Below are positions 1 to 11,400 of a stretch of 45,932 bases of DNA, piece after piece. The position numbers and the translations under genes were made by a program. Origin of the DNA: an uncultured Christensenellaceae bacterium (GTDB taxonomy: Bacteria > Bacillota > Clostridia > Christensenellales > CAG-1252); NCBI GenBank assembly GCA_964619685.1, contig CAZUET010000003.1, forward strand, positions 1 through 45,932, written 5' to 3'. The stretch's first letter is position 1; every line of letters starts with the position of its first letter. Below the pieces are notes generated by a model. The model saw only the letters and a program-made list of their open reading frames with translations, ran no database searches and was not told where the DNA came from.

Positions 1-2
1 CA

Positions 3-653
3 GAAACGGCAATCCCCGTGCTTGAACACAATTTCTCTACAACGGAGATCATTGCTGAGGATCCTGCAACTTGTACGTCCATAGGCACAAAAGCGCATTG
101 GCATTGTAACGCATGCAACGGCGATTTTGATGCCGAAAACAACAAACTGGACGACCTCACGATTGAGGCGAGTGATCACGACTACGGCGATTTGATTGAA
201 AAGCAAAACGCAACTTGCACAGTAACGGGTTATGGCGCTCACTACGAGTGTTCCGTATGTCATAAACTGTTCAATGCGGAAAAGGTAGAAACAACGCAAC
301 AAGATCTAACAATCGCAATCAATCCAAACGCACACAGTTTTGGCAGTTGGTTTGACGAAATCCCAGCCACAACGGAAACGGAGGGTATAAAAGCGCACAA
401 GGATTGTAACATTTGCGGTAAACATTTTGACGAAAGTGGTGCGCAAATGGACGGTCTAACCATCCCTATGCTTCCCAAGGAGGATAACGTTTCCAACGAA
501 AATGAAGGTCTTTCTACGGGAGCAATCGTGGGTATTGTAGCTGGTTTCACTGTCGTTGCCGCTGCAGTCGGATTTTTCATTGCTTGGTTTGCAGTCAAGA
601 AAAAATCCTTCGGCGATCTTGCCCACGCAATCAAAAAAATATTTAAAAAGTAA
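3..653 (+). CDS. C-terminal part (5'-truncated by window edge) of a membrane-anchored surface protein with Cys/His-rich repeats
   Basis: The frame is open from position 3, upstream of the GTG at 18. Three ~50-aa repeats of the form H-x(10-14)-AT(C/T)-x3-G-x2-AH-x2-CxxC-x3-F (CNAC, CSVC, CNIC), then a hydrophobic segment GAIVGIVAGFTVVAAAVGFFIAWFAV and a basic tail (KKK...KKIFKK). Confidence 0.85.
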   Translation, partial: ETAIPVLEHNFSTTEIIAEDPATCTSIGTKAHWHCNACNGDFDAENNKLDDLTIEASDHDYGDLIEKQNATCTVTGYGAHYECSVCHKLFNAEKVETTQQDLTIAINPNAHSFGSWFDEIPATTETEGIKAHKDCNICGKHFDESGAQMDGLTIPMLPKEDNVSNENEGLSTGAIVGIVAGFTVVAAAVGFFIAWFAVKKKSFGDLAHAIKKIFKK

Positions 654-656
654 AAC

Positions 657-718
657 TAAAATGCACCCCAAAAATGAAAAGTACCCCAAGAGTTAAACAC
701 TTTTGGAGATTCATTTCA
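657..718. mobile_element. Degenerate IS3-family (IS150/IS861-like) terminal inverted repeat remnants, no transposase
   Basis: TAAAATGCACCCCAAAAA (657-674) and TGAAAAGTACCCCAAGAGTTAAACA (675-699) in tandem, followed by an inverted copy CTTTTGGAGATTCATTTCA (700-718). These resemble the TGAACTGCACCCCAAAAGTTAGACA end of IS861-like elements as I recall it. Confidence 0.5.
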
Positions 719-753
719 AATCAAAAAGTACTTTTAGTGAAGGGTGAAAAGTT

Positions 754-783
754 AAAAAAGTCGCATACGTATGCGACTTTTTT
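754..783. terminator. Bidirectional intrinsic terminator (perfect 30-bp palindrome)
   Basis: AAAAAAGTCGCATACGTATGCGACTTTTTT is its own reverse complement, with A6/T6 tails. It lies between the convergent + strand CDS and the - strand recombinase remnant. Confidence 0.8.
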
Positions 784-792
784 GTTTTTTGA

Positions 793-818
793 TGGAGCGG
801 TGATGTTAGCTGTCGCAC
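793..818 (-). other. Putative attachment site: displaced tRNA 3'-end-like fragment (tRNA-Gly-like)
   Basis: The minus strand reads GTGCGACAGCTAACATCACCGCTCCA. It has a degenerate GTTCGA and ends CATCACCGCTCCA, close to the tRNA-Gly 3' end CATCACCCGCTCCA. It sits inside the 3' end of the recombinase remnant and directly precedes a terminator. Confidence 0.45.
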
Positions 819-2285
819 ATTTTTAATGTTGCCTTCTATTGCTTCTGTTGTATCATCTATAGTAATTTTATCAATATTTTTGCAACCTCGAATGTTGAAA
901 TATACTACGGTATTATCGTCACTGACAAATACTTGACTTATAAGGTGGTCTATTATTTGTTTTTGATAGTCTTTGTATTTAACGTCGATTTTAAGCAGTT
1001 CATCTATAAAATCCTGCAAATCTTTTTTAGATGTACAATAACCACCTTTAAGCTCTAACTGTACTTTTTGTGTTATCTCTAAAAACTATTAGCTACTAAA
1101 TTTTTTGCTTAATTTTTTATTTCTTTACGCTTTTTATACTTTTAATTTATGTGTTTCTTAATGTAACAAAACGATTCTGCAATAGTGCAATAGTTTAATG
1201 GGTTTTTTATTCACATAAACCATATGGCGAATTATAAGATCATGTCAATTAGTTAGCCTGCAATATTGGAATTTTCAAAACGCATAATGCTATCTTCTTA
1301 TGTACTGACTCTAAGAAAATAAACATTACCGAACCACACTATAGTTTGATCGATAATGGTGCACCTTTGATGGAAATCATACTTACACTTTACGGGCCCC
1401 ATGTTTAAATAACAATGCTTCGCATGACTAAATAATAGCATGATATAGTTATTAGTTTTTCGGCAACCTTTCTTCTGTTAGGCTTTAAAAACCTTGCTGG
1501 TTCTTTTTGTCAATACAGTTGCTATTTTACGTCTATTGGAGAAGTGAAGAACTAAAAACTGTAATACATAGTGTTGTTATCTTGTTTTGTAAATAACGGA
1601 TATAATGATATTTAGTTTGTGTTACAAGTGAACTTGAATCATACTACCATTCCGCTTTGTTTAACGGAGGACGATTGGACTAAATGGTCATGAAAAACGG
1701 CAACGTTATGAATAATTTTGTACAAAATACACTCTTTTTTATGTGAATAAGTGCTTTTTCCGTCATTATCCAAGGAGTAAAACTTAGTTCCATAATCTAT
1801 CATTATCGTCCGCAAGATACCAAGTACCTGCGTCGTTTGATTTACGCTTCGATCAAATTTCGGTCAAGTTCAGTATGATAGGATGGAATTAGTGCGACAG
1901 TGAATGGGAACTTACGCTCGGTAATTTTTTACTTCCAATGTTTATAGACAATTATTATTACAGAATGGTTAAATATCATTCTAAGTGAAATGTATGTGGT
2001 TAAACCCATTGAGCAATGCTTTAGCATTGAAATCATTTTTTTTTATGTAGATTAGTGTGAGATTGTGTTTTTGCGGAATGAAATACGATCATGGATGAAA
2101 AAGTATTACGTCGGTTAAGGGAAAGGATGAATTAAGAATTGAAAGTAAGAAGATACGGGAAAGTCGGTGAAGGCGTAGAAAAAAGGCAATTTTGACGGGA
2201 AAAAAGTGAAAAGTTTTGCCAAAAAGGGGTAAAAATAAAGAGATTGAACATGAAGGTTAACCAAAATTAATGATTAATAAGGGTA

Positions 2286-2303
2286 TTTCACTGTTTTTTC
2301 ACA
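2286..2303 (+). promoter_or_regulatory. TTTCAC direct repeat with 11-bp period, candidate response-regulator site
   Basis: TTTCAC at 2286-2291 and 2297-2302, just upstream of the -35 box. The same arrangement occurs at 29664-29680. Confidence 0.35.
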
Positions 2304-2312
2304 GGGCTAACA

Positions 2313-2341
2313 TTGATTTTTACACGCTTAAATGCTAAAAT
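2313..2341 (+). promoter_or_regulatory. sigmaA-type promoter of the giant-protein operon
   Basis: TTGATT (2313-2318), 17-bp spacer, TAAAAT (2336-2341) with an extended -10 TG; 122 bp upstream of the ATG at 2464. Confidence 0.65.
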
Positions 2342-2463
2342 ATTAGCGTAAATATTTATTTATTAATAAAGTTGTATTGTGTTGCTTGATTGCTTGGTCG
2401 AGAATATAGTTGTTTGCATAGAATATTAGCAACGCAATGGCGGTATTAATTTACGAGGTATAT

Positions 2464-5400
2464 ATGGCAAGAGCGAATAAAAAAAGCATTTTGAATAAAA
2501 GTGAAACGTTGAATAAAAACGTTACTTTTGCTATGATTAATCGTAGATCTAATAATTCTTCCGCTAAGTCGGGACATTCTCGTTGTAGATTATTAAATTC
2601 GCTTCGTACCATTTCTTCACTTTTGGTATTAATTCTTGTTTTTGCATTTGCAATTTCGGCAATTCAAGTTTTAATTCCTATCGACAGTAATTCAAATTCT
2701 CTTGAGGTTGCATACGCAAATGGCCCCGGTTCTTGGTCTGTTCCGCAAGGTTTGGCCGAAGCTTATACACTGAACAATGTTTCGGATTCGGAAGTTAATA
2801 ATGGTAAAAACGGACTACCTTATGGTGTATATCAGGGTTCTACAAGTGCATTTGATGATGCTCGTAGATATTTTTCCATTGGCTCTGACGCTGCAAAAAA
2901 ACCGAACAGAAACGATTTGAAGTACAATAGCGAAGAAAAGGGTTCAATAGGCTTTATTGATTATGAGGCTGACACCTTTTGGAGCGGAAGATCCGACTAT
3001 TCACTAGTATGGTGGATAGACATCGTTTTTGATGGACAAATGCTTCAAGCGGTTCGTAACGGAAATGTTAGCTTATCTTTTAGTACAAATTCGAGATTTT
3101 CGGATGGCTTGAATGAACAAAATGCTCCTGCAATGCAATGGATCAAAGGTTCACGAGCAAACATTGGTAGTGATCCCATAGACGGATCGAGAAGCGGCAA
3201 TAATGCAAATTGGACGAGTAGTTTTAAAAATAGTTGTTTTTTTGCCGGAGATTTTATGGACGGTGACGGTTCTTGGTCTACAAGTAGCGATGTAGATGCC
3301 GAGGCTATAGGTGTACGCCTTTTATTTGGTGCAATATCAGATGCAGCGGTAGACGGCGGTTTTTACAATATTATCTTAAATTTTTCGTTTAATACGGACG
3401 GATTGACAATTTATGCAAACAATCCTGAGATAGGTCGTCTTAATTCGGGTAGTTGGGGACGAGTAATTAAGTTTACGAATAACACGATCAGTAGAACTGC
3501 GACGGCAAACTCGGGATATCATATAGTTGATTCCACATTAAATAATAGTTATTCGATTAAGGGCTGGAAACTCGAAAACTTCAAATCTGCACCTTCGTCA
3601 TCATATGATCAAAAGTCAGGAACAAGTAGTATAACAATATCGAAGAGCAGCATTAAGCCGTATTCATATATACAAGTTATTTTTGATGAAATTAGTTATA
3701 CAGTTAATTTTTATAGCAACGGTAAGGACGGTGCAAAACTTTTTAACGCAGATGATCAAGAAATAGCATTCGGTGGTGTTTCTGTTAGCGGTCCAAACTC
3801 GTTACAACTCGGTTATGCATTTTGTGATGGATATACATTTGACGGATGGCTTGTTGAACGTACATCAACCGATAGCGGTAACCCCGATTATAGAGAGGAT
3901 GAAAGATTTTATCCTTATAAGATTAGGCCCGACGATCATACTAAGTCTCAAACTGTAGATCTATATGCATATTGGAAGTCGGTTCAAGCAGGTAACGGTG
4001 GTGACGGTATTACCACAATTACTAAGGTAGATGGTGATTATACAAAATATAGCGATATACAATTTAAAATAGAGACATCAAAAACAGGTTATGAGCTGAT
4101 AGGTGTATATGCGGTATATACCGACGGAGATATTCCCGGTGTAGCTGTTGACCTTGAAAAGCAATCTAATGGTAATTGGAAGCTTTACGCTTTATGCGGT
4201 AACTGTGATTTATATCCAAGATGGAAAGCAAAACAGTACACTATCACATATTCTATTGATGGAAATAAAGGCACAAGTCGAGGTGACGGCAAAACTAAAT
4301 TTTATTATGGCGTCGGTATAGGTGACGAAGATTTCCGCACTGTTACTAATAAGGGTGCATATGTCTTTAAAGGATGGTCGAGAACAAGTACTGGCTCCGT
4401 TCTTTCGGGTTCTGATGTATATTTTGCGGATGTTGCATCTAATATAACACTTTATGCAATATTTGATAATGCGTTGAATTTTAGAACGGACGTTACTGCG
4501 TTTAGTAACATATCTGCCACATTGCCTAACTGGACAAATACCGGATATTTTAAAACCACCGGAAGTAATGGAATACCTGATTATAATGACTCGAATTCAA
4601 GAGAATTAGTTGGAAGTCGTACAGAGTTGGGATGGAGCCAAGAAAAATACGCACCGGGTGCGGGGCTTTATTGGTGTTATTGGAGTAATTGTAATACACC
4701 ACCAAGTAAAAATGGATTTAGTAATTCAAACTCGAATTATCCTACCGGAAATAACCAAGTATTAGATAATTATGCATATTATTATGTTTCTTTTTCTGAA
4801 GAAGTTCAGCGTGCTCTTCAGGCGGGAATTACTGTAAAGGTTTCCGTTACTATTGGTTATAGTTGTTGTGCATATACCGGTGGCGTTGCAACTTACAATT
4901 CAACGGCAAGGATCGGTTTAAGTGTTATACAAGGCTTTCCTTCGGGAGCCTTTACTGCTAATCAATACGGAGATTCTGCAAATGCCGGTAATGATTACGG
5001 CAGAGCTGAATGGAAAAAAACAAAAGGAACTTGTACGGATACAATTACATTAAAAGCCGGCGACGGTTCCGGGTTCTCGATAGCACTTCACGGAGATCAA
5101 ACCTGCACAAAGGGTTCATTGTATGAATATATTTCTTATGCAAGCGTAACGAGCATATCGTATAAGGTAGAATTTAGTGGAACGACATCCGTTTCATCGT
5201 TTTATTTGCAGGATGAAAACGGAAATACCGAAGAAACATTGAAGATAAGGGGTAAAGCGAAATCTATACCGAGTTACCCAATATCGACAAAGGACGGTTA
5301 TCATTTTGCAGGTTGGCAATCTGTTACTAACGGATATAAAGCAACCTGGACAGTTAATAACTATCCCTTAATCAGCTATGATGTTTATACAGACGGTACG

Positions 5401-8400
5401 AATTATGCTACTGAGATCCGTAAAGTCGGCTACTACGTTTATGGGCAGTATGTCACCTTGAATGAAAGCGGTGATAATTCGGCTAATATCCTATCACGAA
5501 CGGAGGGCGATAACGATTATAACGGTTTTACTGCGAATGGTCGTTATACCATAGGTAAGCATACTTCGGGCACTTTGTCTTGGATATATAAAGTCGGGGA
5601 TGCATATTCTAATCCTTTTGCGTGTGATGTAATTGGCGGATATTATGTTTATTATCAGTGGTCTATGGATGATCATACCGTCAATGTAGGTGATTCGACC
5701 GTAATGTATGGTAATTCTATTCTGCTTGATGACTATGTAACCATTTCACACGCTGCGGATGAACATAGGGAGTTAGAGTATGTTTGGGATAATTGGCAAT
5801 GGACATCTTCGGGACAGGCACAGTATAAGGAATTCTATTTAGATGATATTCATGCAATTTATCTTGTAAGCGAATCGGGTAGCTATACCATAAAAATAGA
5901 TGCCAAGATCTCCATAAAAAATGTAAACGGTTCTACTACCGTATTAGTACGAACGATTTCGGACACAGGTGAGTATACAATTGAGCCTATTTCTGTCAAA
6001 TTAAACAATATTGCCAATGAAACGTTCTATTATAACGGATCCGTTCAGTTGCCGTTATATGATATAATTGCTAATGATGCAGTAATTACAGACACAGCGA
6101 AGCTTGCCGCTGCGGATGCAACCATTACAGTAGAACGTTTGGGCAAGCCGTGGTTTTATGATGCTAACGGTAAAAATGCTTGGAATTATGGTATCGATGT
6201 AAGTATCGTTGCACTTAACTACAAATGTAGCATCGGACAAGATTCAAACGGCTATAACTATTACAACGGTAGAATCGGATATGAGGGCACCGCACCATTC
6301 CGTGATGCAGGTACATATACGCCGAGTGATATTAGGCTTTTACGCTCAAACAGTACCACTGCCAATACAAACTACCGTTGGTACAACACTGATGAACAGT
6401 TTTACAGTAAGGCGGATGAGACGGAAAGCTTACCGTCATCTACTATATATCCCTATTCGGGCGTTAGCGGAGAGGGAGTTGTTTTGTATTTCACTCCGTC
6501 TTATAAAATGTTTGGAACCATTGCCGATCCGAGCTTATTAGTAATAGAAGGATCGTATGAATTACTTAATCGTGCTAATACCGAATATGAATTCGGTAAT
6601 TCTACCCTTGCAACGCATCCCTACATTTGCGTGGACGGATTGGTCGAGGGTGATTTTGAGTATTTCGAGTCGATATTTAAGTATTTGTGGAGTCGTGAAG
6701 AGGGCAATAAGGCAGGTTTATATAATGTGCTTGCCGATTTTAACAGCGTAAGCTTCAATAGTGCAAATAATGAGATTTTGTATAGACTTTATAACAACTA
6801 CGGTGTTCAGCTTGACGCAAGTAGAAATATCAAGGTCAACGGAAACGAGATCTGGAGCGGAAATGAGATAGGTCAAGGCGAGCTTATTTCAAGGACCGGC
6901 GGAATGGGTGTATACTATGTAGGTGTAAGCGATTGGAATAACCTCTTCAATAGTGACGGCTCATTGAATGGGTGGAATGTAGAATTAGAAGATTATACAT
7001 TGTCAAAGTCTCATCCGATATTCAAAATTCAAGCAAGAACTATAGATATAGTCGGTAAGCCCGAAACGGACAGCGCTTCATTTGTATATGACGGTAAGAG
7101 TCATGGCTTTGATCTGACCTTTGCAGGATTTTCTTCCACTCAAGATACAAGTGATATTACATTTAAGGCATCGCTATTGGGTATTAGGTTGGTAGATCTT
7201 CCCACCGATTGGGATAGTATGACCGATAATCAAAAGTCGCAATGGCTAAGTGCTAATATCGTCAAGGCAATTTCAGTAGGTGTCAACGGTGGCGATAATA
7301 AGCTTTATTATGATGAGCAAAATAATATCAATTATAACACGCTAAGCTTTGCTGAGATAAACGCAGGCTCGTACGGTATCGTGCTATGTGGTTTTGACGG
7401 TGGTAACTATGAGTTGAATATTGACGGTAAGCCTTTCTATGAATATAGATGGGAGATAAAACAGCTTGCCGTTACCTTTGTATCTAACTCTGTCGCTAAT
7501 AATACCTTAGGTGATGCTATGTATGGCGGATATACTTTTAGCTTTAGCGGATTGCTTTCGGGTGACGGTATAAGGATCTTGACCGATATAGTGACGCCGT
7601 CGTCATGCGGATTTAGATTTACAGGCACTTTATCGGGTGAATCTAAGTCTAAATCGAATTATTCGGCACTTAGCGATATTTCCGAGCATTTATCTAATAG
7701 CTTTATTGAGAATAACACCACGTTTGCACTGTTTGCTAAGTATGCAGGCAACTATTCCATTGCCTTTACATTGTCGGCGGACAACTCTACCAAGGAGCAT
7801 AGCGGTAAATACGGTGATGCATATACTACCAATTATAAATTCAGTTCAAAATACAAAATAGAATGGACTGTGAATACACGAGAATTATCGGGCCCCGAAT
7901 ATACTTCAACCGTTAATGATTGGATATATGAATACAATGTATCTAAGGGAAAGACGGTTGCTTATTCGGGATTTTGGTCTACCGATTTCAAGGATAATGA
8001 TATCGCTCCTGCAGTATTGACGGACTTAGTGGAGAATAAGAGTATTATCGTTATATATGAGTTGAACGGTTCTAATAGTGAAGGTGTAAAACTTTATGCT
8101 GACGGTGTTGGCGGTTTCTCCGTCACGTTTAAGGGGTTAGATCAAGGAACATATTCGCCTATCGTCAATAGCATTTCATCGGGCGATATACAAGCTTGGA
8201 CAATCAAACAGAGCAGTGCAAGTACGGTCAATGACGGTCAATTTGTGATATTACCTAAGACTGTTCTTCTAAATTGGCGTTTAGACGGTATTAATAGTGC
8301 GTCGATAATATACGATGCTAAAGCTCATACCGTTACCGCAGATTTTTATGGAATAGACGGAAGCTCTACTACCGATAACAAGGTGTATTCCGGTGACAGT

Positions 8401-11400
8401 GCTACAATTAGACTATCGGGCGATGTATCACAAACTAATGCAGGTACATACAGGGCGGTAGCATCCTTATCGTCGACGAATTATTCACTTATATCGTATT
8501 CGGAGGGCATGTCGGGAACATCGGAGTATTCTTGGAGTATAATTAGACGCAATTTGACGGTAGTTTATCCCACTACTATTGCAAGATACACCTATGACGG
8601 TGATAGTAAATCTGCATCTATCGCTGTGTCGAATTTCCCCGAAGGTGGCACGATTGATGAATTGAATTCGCTCAACACGCTTTATGAAACGGATGCAACC
8701 ATTACTTCGTCGAGTATTGGCATTAAGTTAGAGGCAAAGAATGCGGGTATATATACCGTTAAGACAAGAAATGCAGGTACTCATAATGTCGGTACAAACT
8801 ACACTATAACTATCTCGGAAGACGAGCTTAACGAAAAGACCATATTGATCATTGATCCAAGAATTGTAAGTATCACTTGGAATACTGACGGATTCAAGTA
8901 TAACGGAGATATGCTTGAGATAGAATATGATGCTACCCCTAAGGCACTTACCGCCATTATCAATAATAAGGTCAACAATGATGACGTCGATCTAACCTAT
9001 CATTTTGAAACGCTAATTGACGGTGATGCCGACCGTATTAAGGTCGGTACCTATCGCACGACCGTCAACGGATTGACGGGTGAATCTCGTAGTAACTATA
9101 CCCTCGAGGGAACTACCGATACTGAAAGAGAATGGAGTATCGTCAAGCGTGTTTTGACAGTTGTATGGTACCCTTATACAGATAATTATTATAATTCCCA
9201 ATCGACTACCGTAAATGGCTTTTTTACCACTAAGGGTGGTGAACCTGAATCGGGTTCGGGTAAAACAAGCGATCCATATGTTTACTATTATAACGGAAAT
9301 AATGCTATCGGCGTATATTGTGTAGTGTCCGGTTTGGTCGGTTCGGATTCGATAACCGTTACCCTTATCGGCTCGGGTGAATTTTACTATATTTATGACG
9401 GTAACTATATAAGTATGCCTACAAGCGGATGGACTATATCATCGTCCAATCAATCCGCTTATCGTTTTGCATCGACTGCAACCGCTGTCAGTGATGCTAT
9501 ATATACAGTTTCGTTTTCGGCAAATAACGATAACTACGATATTTCATACCGCCATGCCGACGGATCTTCGGATATAGACAGTGCATCATACAAAATCACC
9601 AAGCGTGAATTGAGAATTTCTGAGTGGAATATGAGTGATGCCGTTGATAATTCGTTTACAAAGGTTTATGACGGCGTGTCTTCCATGATAACAGCAACAA
9701 TAGACGGTGTAATTCCCGATAGCGATATAGAGTTATCGTATTCCGACAGCGTAAAGAATAATGTCGGTAATTATATTGCCAAGATAACAGGCATTGACGG
9801 GGCTGATAAGGATAATTATTTACTTCCTGCCGATACTCATAAATTACAGCAAGCATTTACTATTACTGCAAGAACTGTTGGTATAGCGTGGTCCTTCGTT
9901 GACGGGGGTGATAGCTTTACCAAGACTTATAGGGGTAGTAATTACACCCTTGAAGCGGAGCTAAACAATATAATAGACGGTGACAGCGTAGCTGTATCAC
10001 GCTTTAGGACCGATTACAAGGACGGCACAAACTTGAATTCGTTATCGAGCGCTATTAGAGTTGGCGAATATAAGACCTATGCACTTGAATTGAATAACGG
10101 CAATTACCGTTTGCCTGATAATAACTCGATAGAATGGAGCATTACTCCGTTTGAACTAACTATTAGTTGGATAATGTCCGACGGAAAAGGTACATTTACA
10201 AAGGCTTATGACGGTAGGGAATCGGTCATCACCGCAAGTATAAATAAGATAGGCTCTGACGATATTTTGTTGGTTTATACCACGGTAGGCAGTATAGATC
10301 CTATAACAGGTACGGCGTTCAGCTCAAGTAATACAGGTGTGAATGTTAATACCTATACCACGACTATAGCTCTTGACGGTACTAATATGTCCGACTATGT
10401 GTTACCGAGTGACAACAGTAAGGAATGGAGTATTACACCCCGTACCGTTTCTTTAAATTGGAGTCTTGACGGTGAAAACGAATTTGAAACAATTTATGAC
10501 GGAAAGGATCATACAATTAGTTGTGATATTTCAAATAAATGCTTGACCGATATTGTTTCTGTAGAATTGACAGAAGATCTTACTAAATGCGTAGCTGGTA
10601 ATTATACCGCTAATGTTGTTAAGTTGGTAGGTACACATAGTGGCAATTATACGCTTGATGGCTTAACAAATGAAAACGGCGTATTGAAATGCACTTGGCG
10701 TATTATTCCAAGAGTTCTTGGAGTCACATTCGACGGAGTAGGCGGTGTTTATAAAAAGGATAATTATACCATTACCGTAAAGGTCACCAATATCATCAAT
10801 TCCGATCATCCCGATAATTTGGCTATCGCTATAGTCGATATTTCGGGTAAAACGAATGCTAATATCGGTATAGGTAACTGCAATGACGGAATATATACGG
10901 CTACCATTACCTCGATAAATGTAGGCTTATACGGAATTAAAGTGAATGTAAGCGGAGATAGAGCCGATTGTTATACTCTTCCGGATACTCAATGGACATG
11001 GGAAATAACTGCTTTGGAAGTAAGCGTTTCTTGGTCACTGAATGCACCTATCGGCGGTAGTGTAAACGGTTTTGTCGGAATATATGCAAAGGGCTTGTAT
11101 ACAATGGATGCATCACTCATGGGTGTATTGGGTGATGATTATGTCAATTTGACATTGTCGGGTAATACTGCCGTTGTCAAGGGCAGTTATATCGCAACGG
11201 TGGATGCTATTGATAATCCAAACTATTTGATCATTAATGGTAGATCTCAATCTTGGGAAATATTACCAAAGACCATAACTGCTATTTATTGGACAGGCGA
11301 AAATTCGGATAGAAGTGATTTTTCGTGGGTGTATGACGGTACAGCAAAAGCACCTATCGCACATGCCGAAACAGTAAATGTAGGGGTGGGTAGCATTAAC

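Larger units (their letters stand above)
711..1085 (-). pseudogene. C-terminal remnant of a large serine recombinase (phage/ICE integrase)
   Basis: The frame is open from 1085: LEITQKVQLELK..SKKDLQDFIDELLK..KDYQKQIIDHLISQVFVSDDNTVVYFNIRG..VRQLTSPLHQ. This fits the coiled-coil end and the 'II..L...V.V....V..YFN' tail of Firmicute large serine recombinases. In-frame TAG at 1088-1086; no catalytic N-terminal domain seen. Confidence 0.6.

Noticed and set aside
471-485. LPKED as a sortase LPxTG signal
   Set aside because: It lacks TG/TA and lies about 12 residues before the hydrophobic segment; a plain TM anchor explains the C-terminus.
793-818. tRNA gene
   Set aside because: Only a degenerate 3' fragment is present; no D-arm, anticodon arm or 5' acceptor strand is recognisable.
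711-1019. Intact 102-aa minus-strand gene as given in the ORF track
   Set aside because: No RBS before the TTG, recombinase-like sequence continues upstream of it, and the last ~25 codons read through a terminator palindrome. Treated as a pseudogene.
2437-2463. Longest-ORF starts at 2437, 25058, 37925 and 39273
   Set aside because: Downstream in-frame starts at 2464, 25088, 37982 and 39429 have RBS motifs. The last three also give proper signal peptides and remove overlaps.
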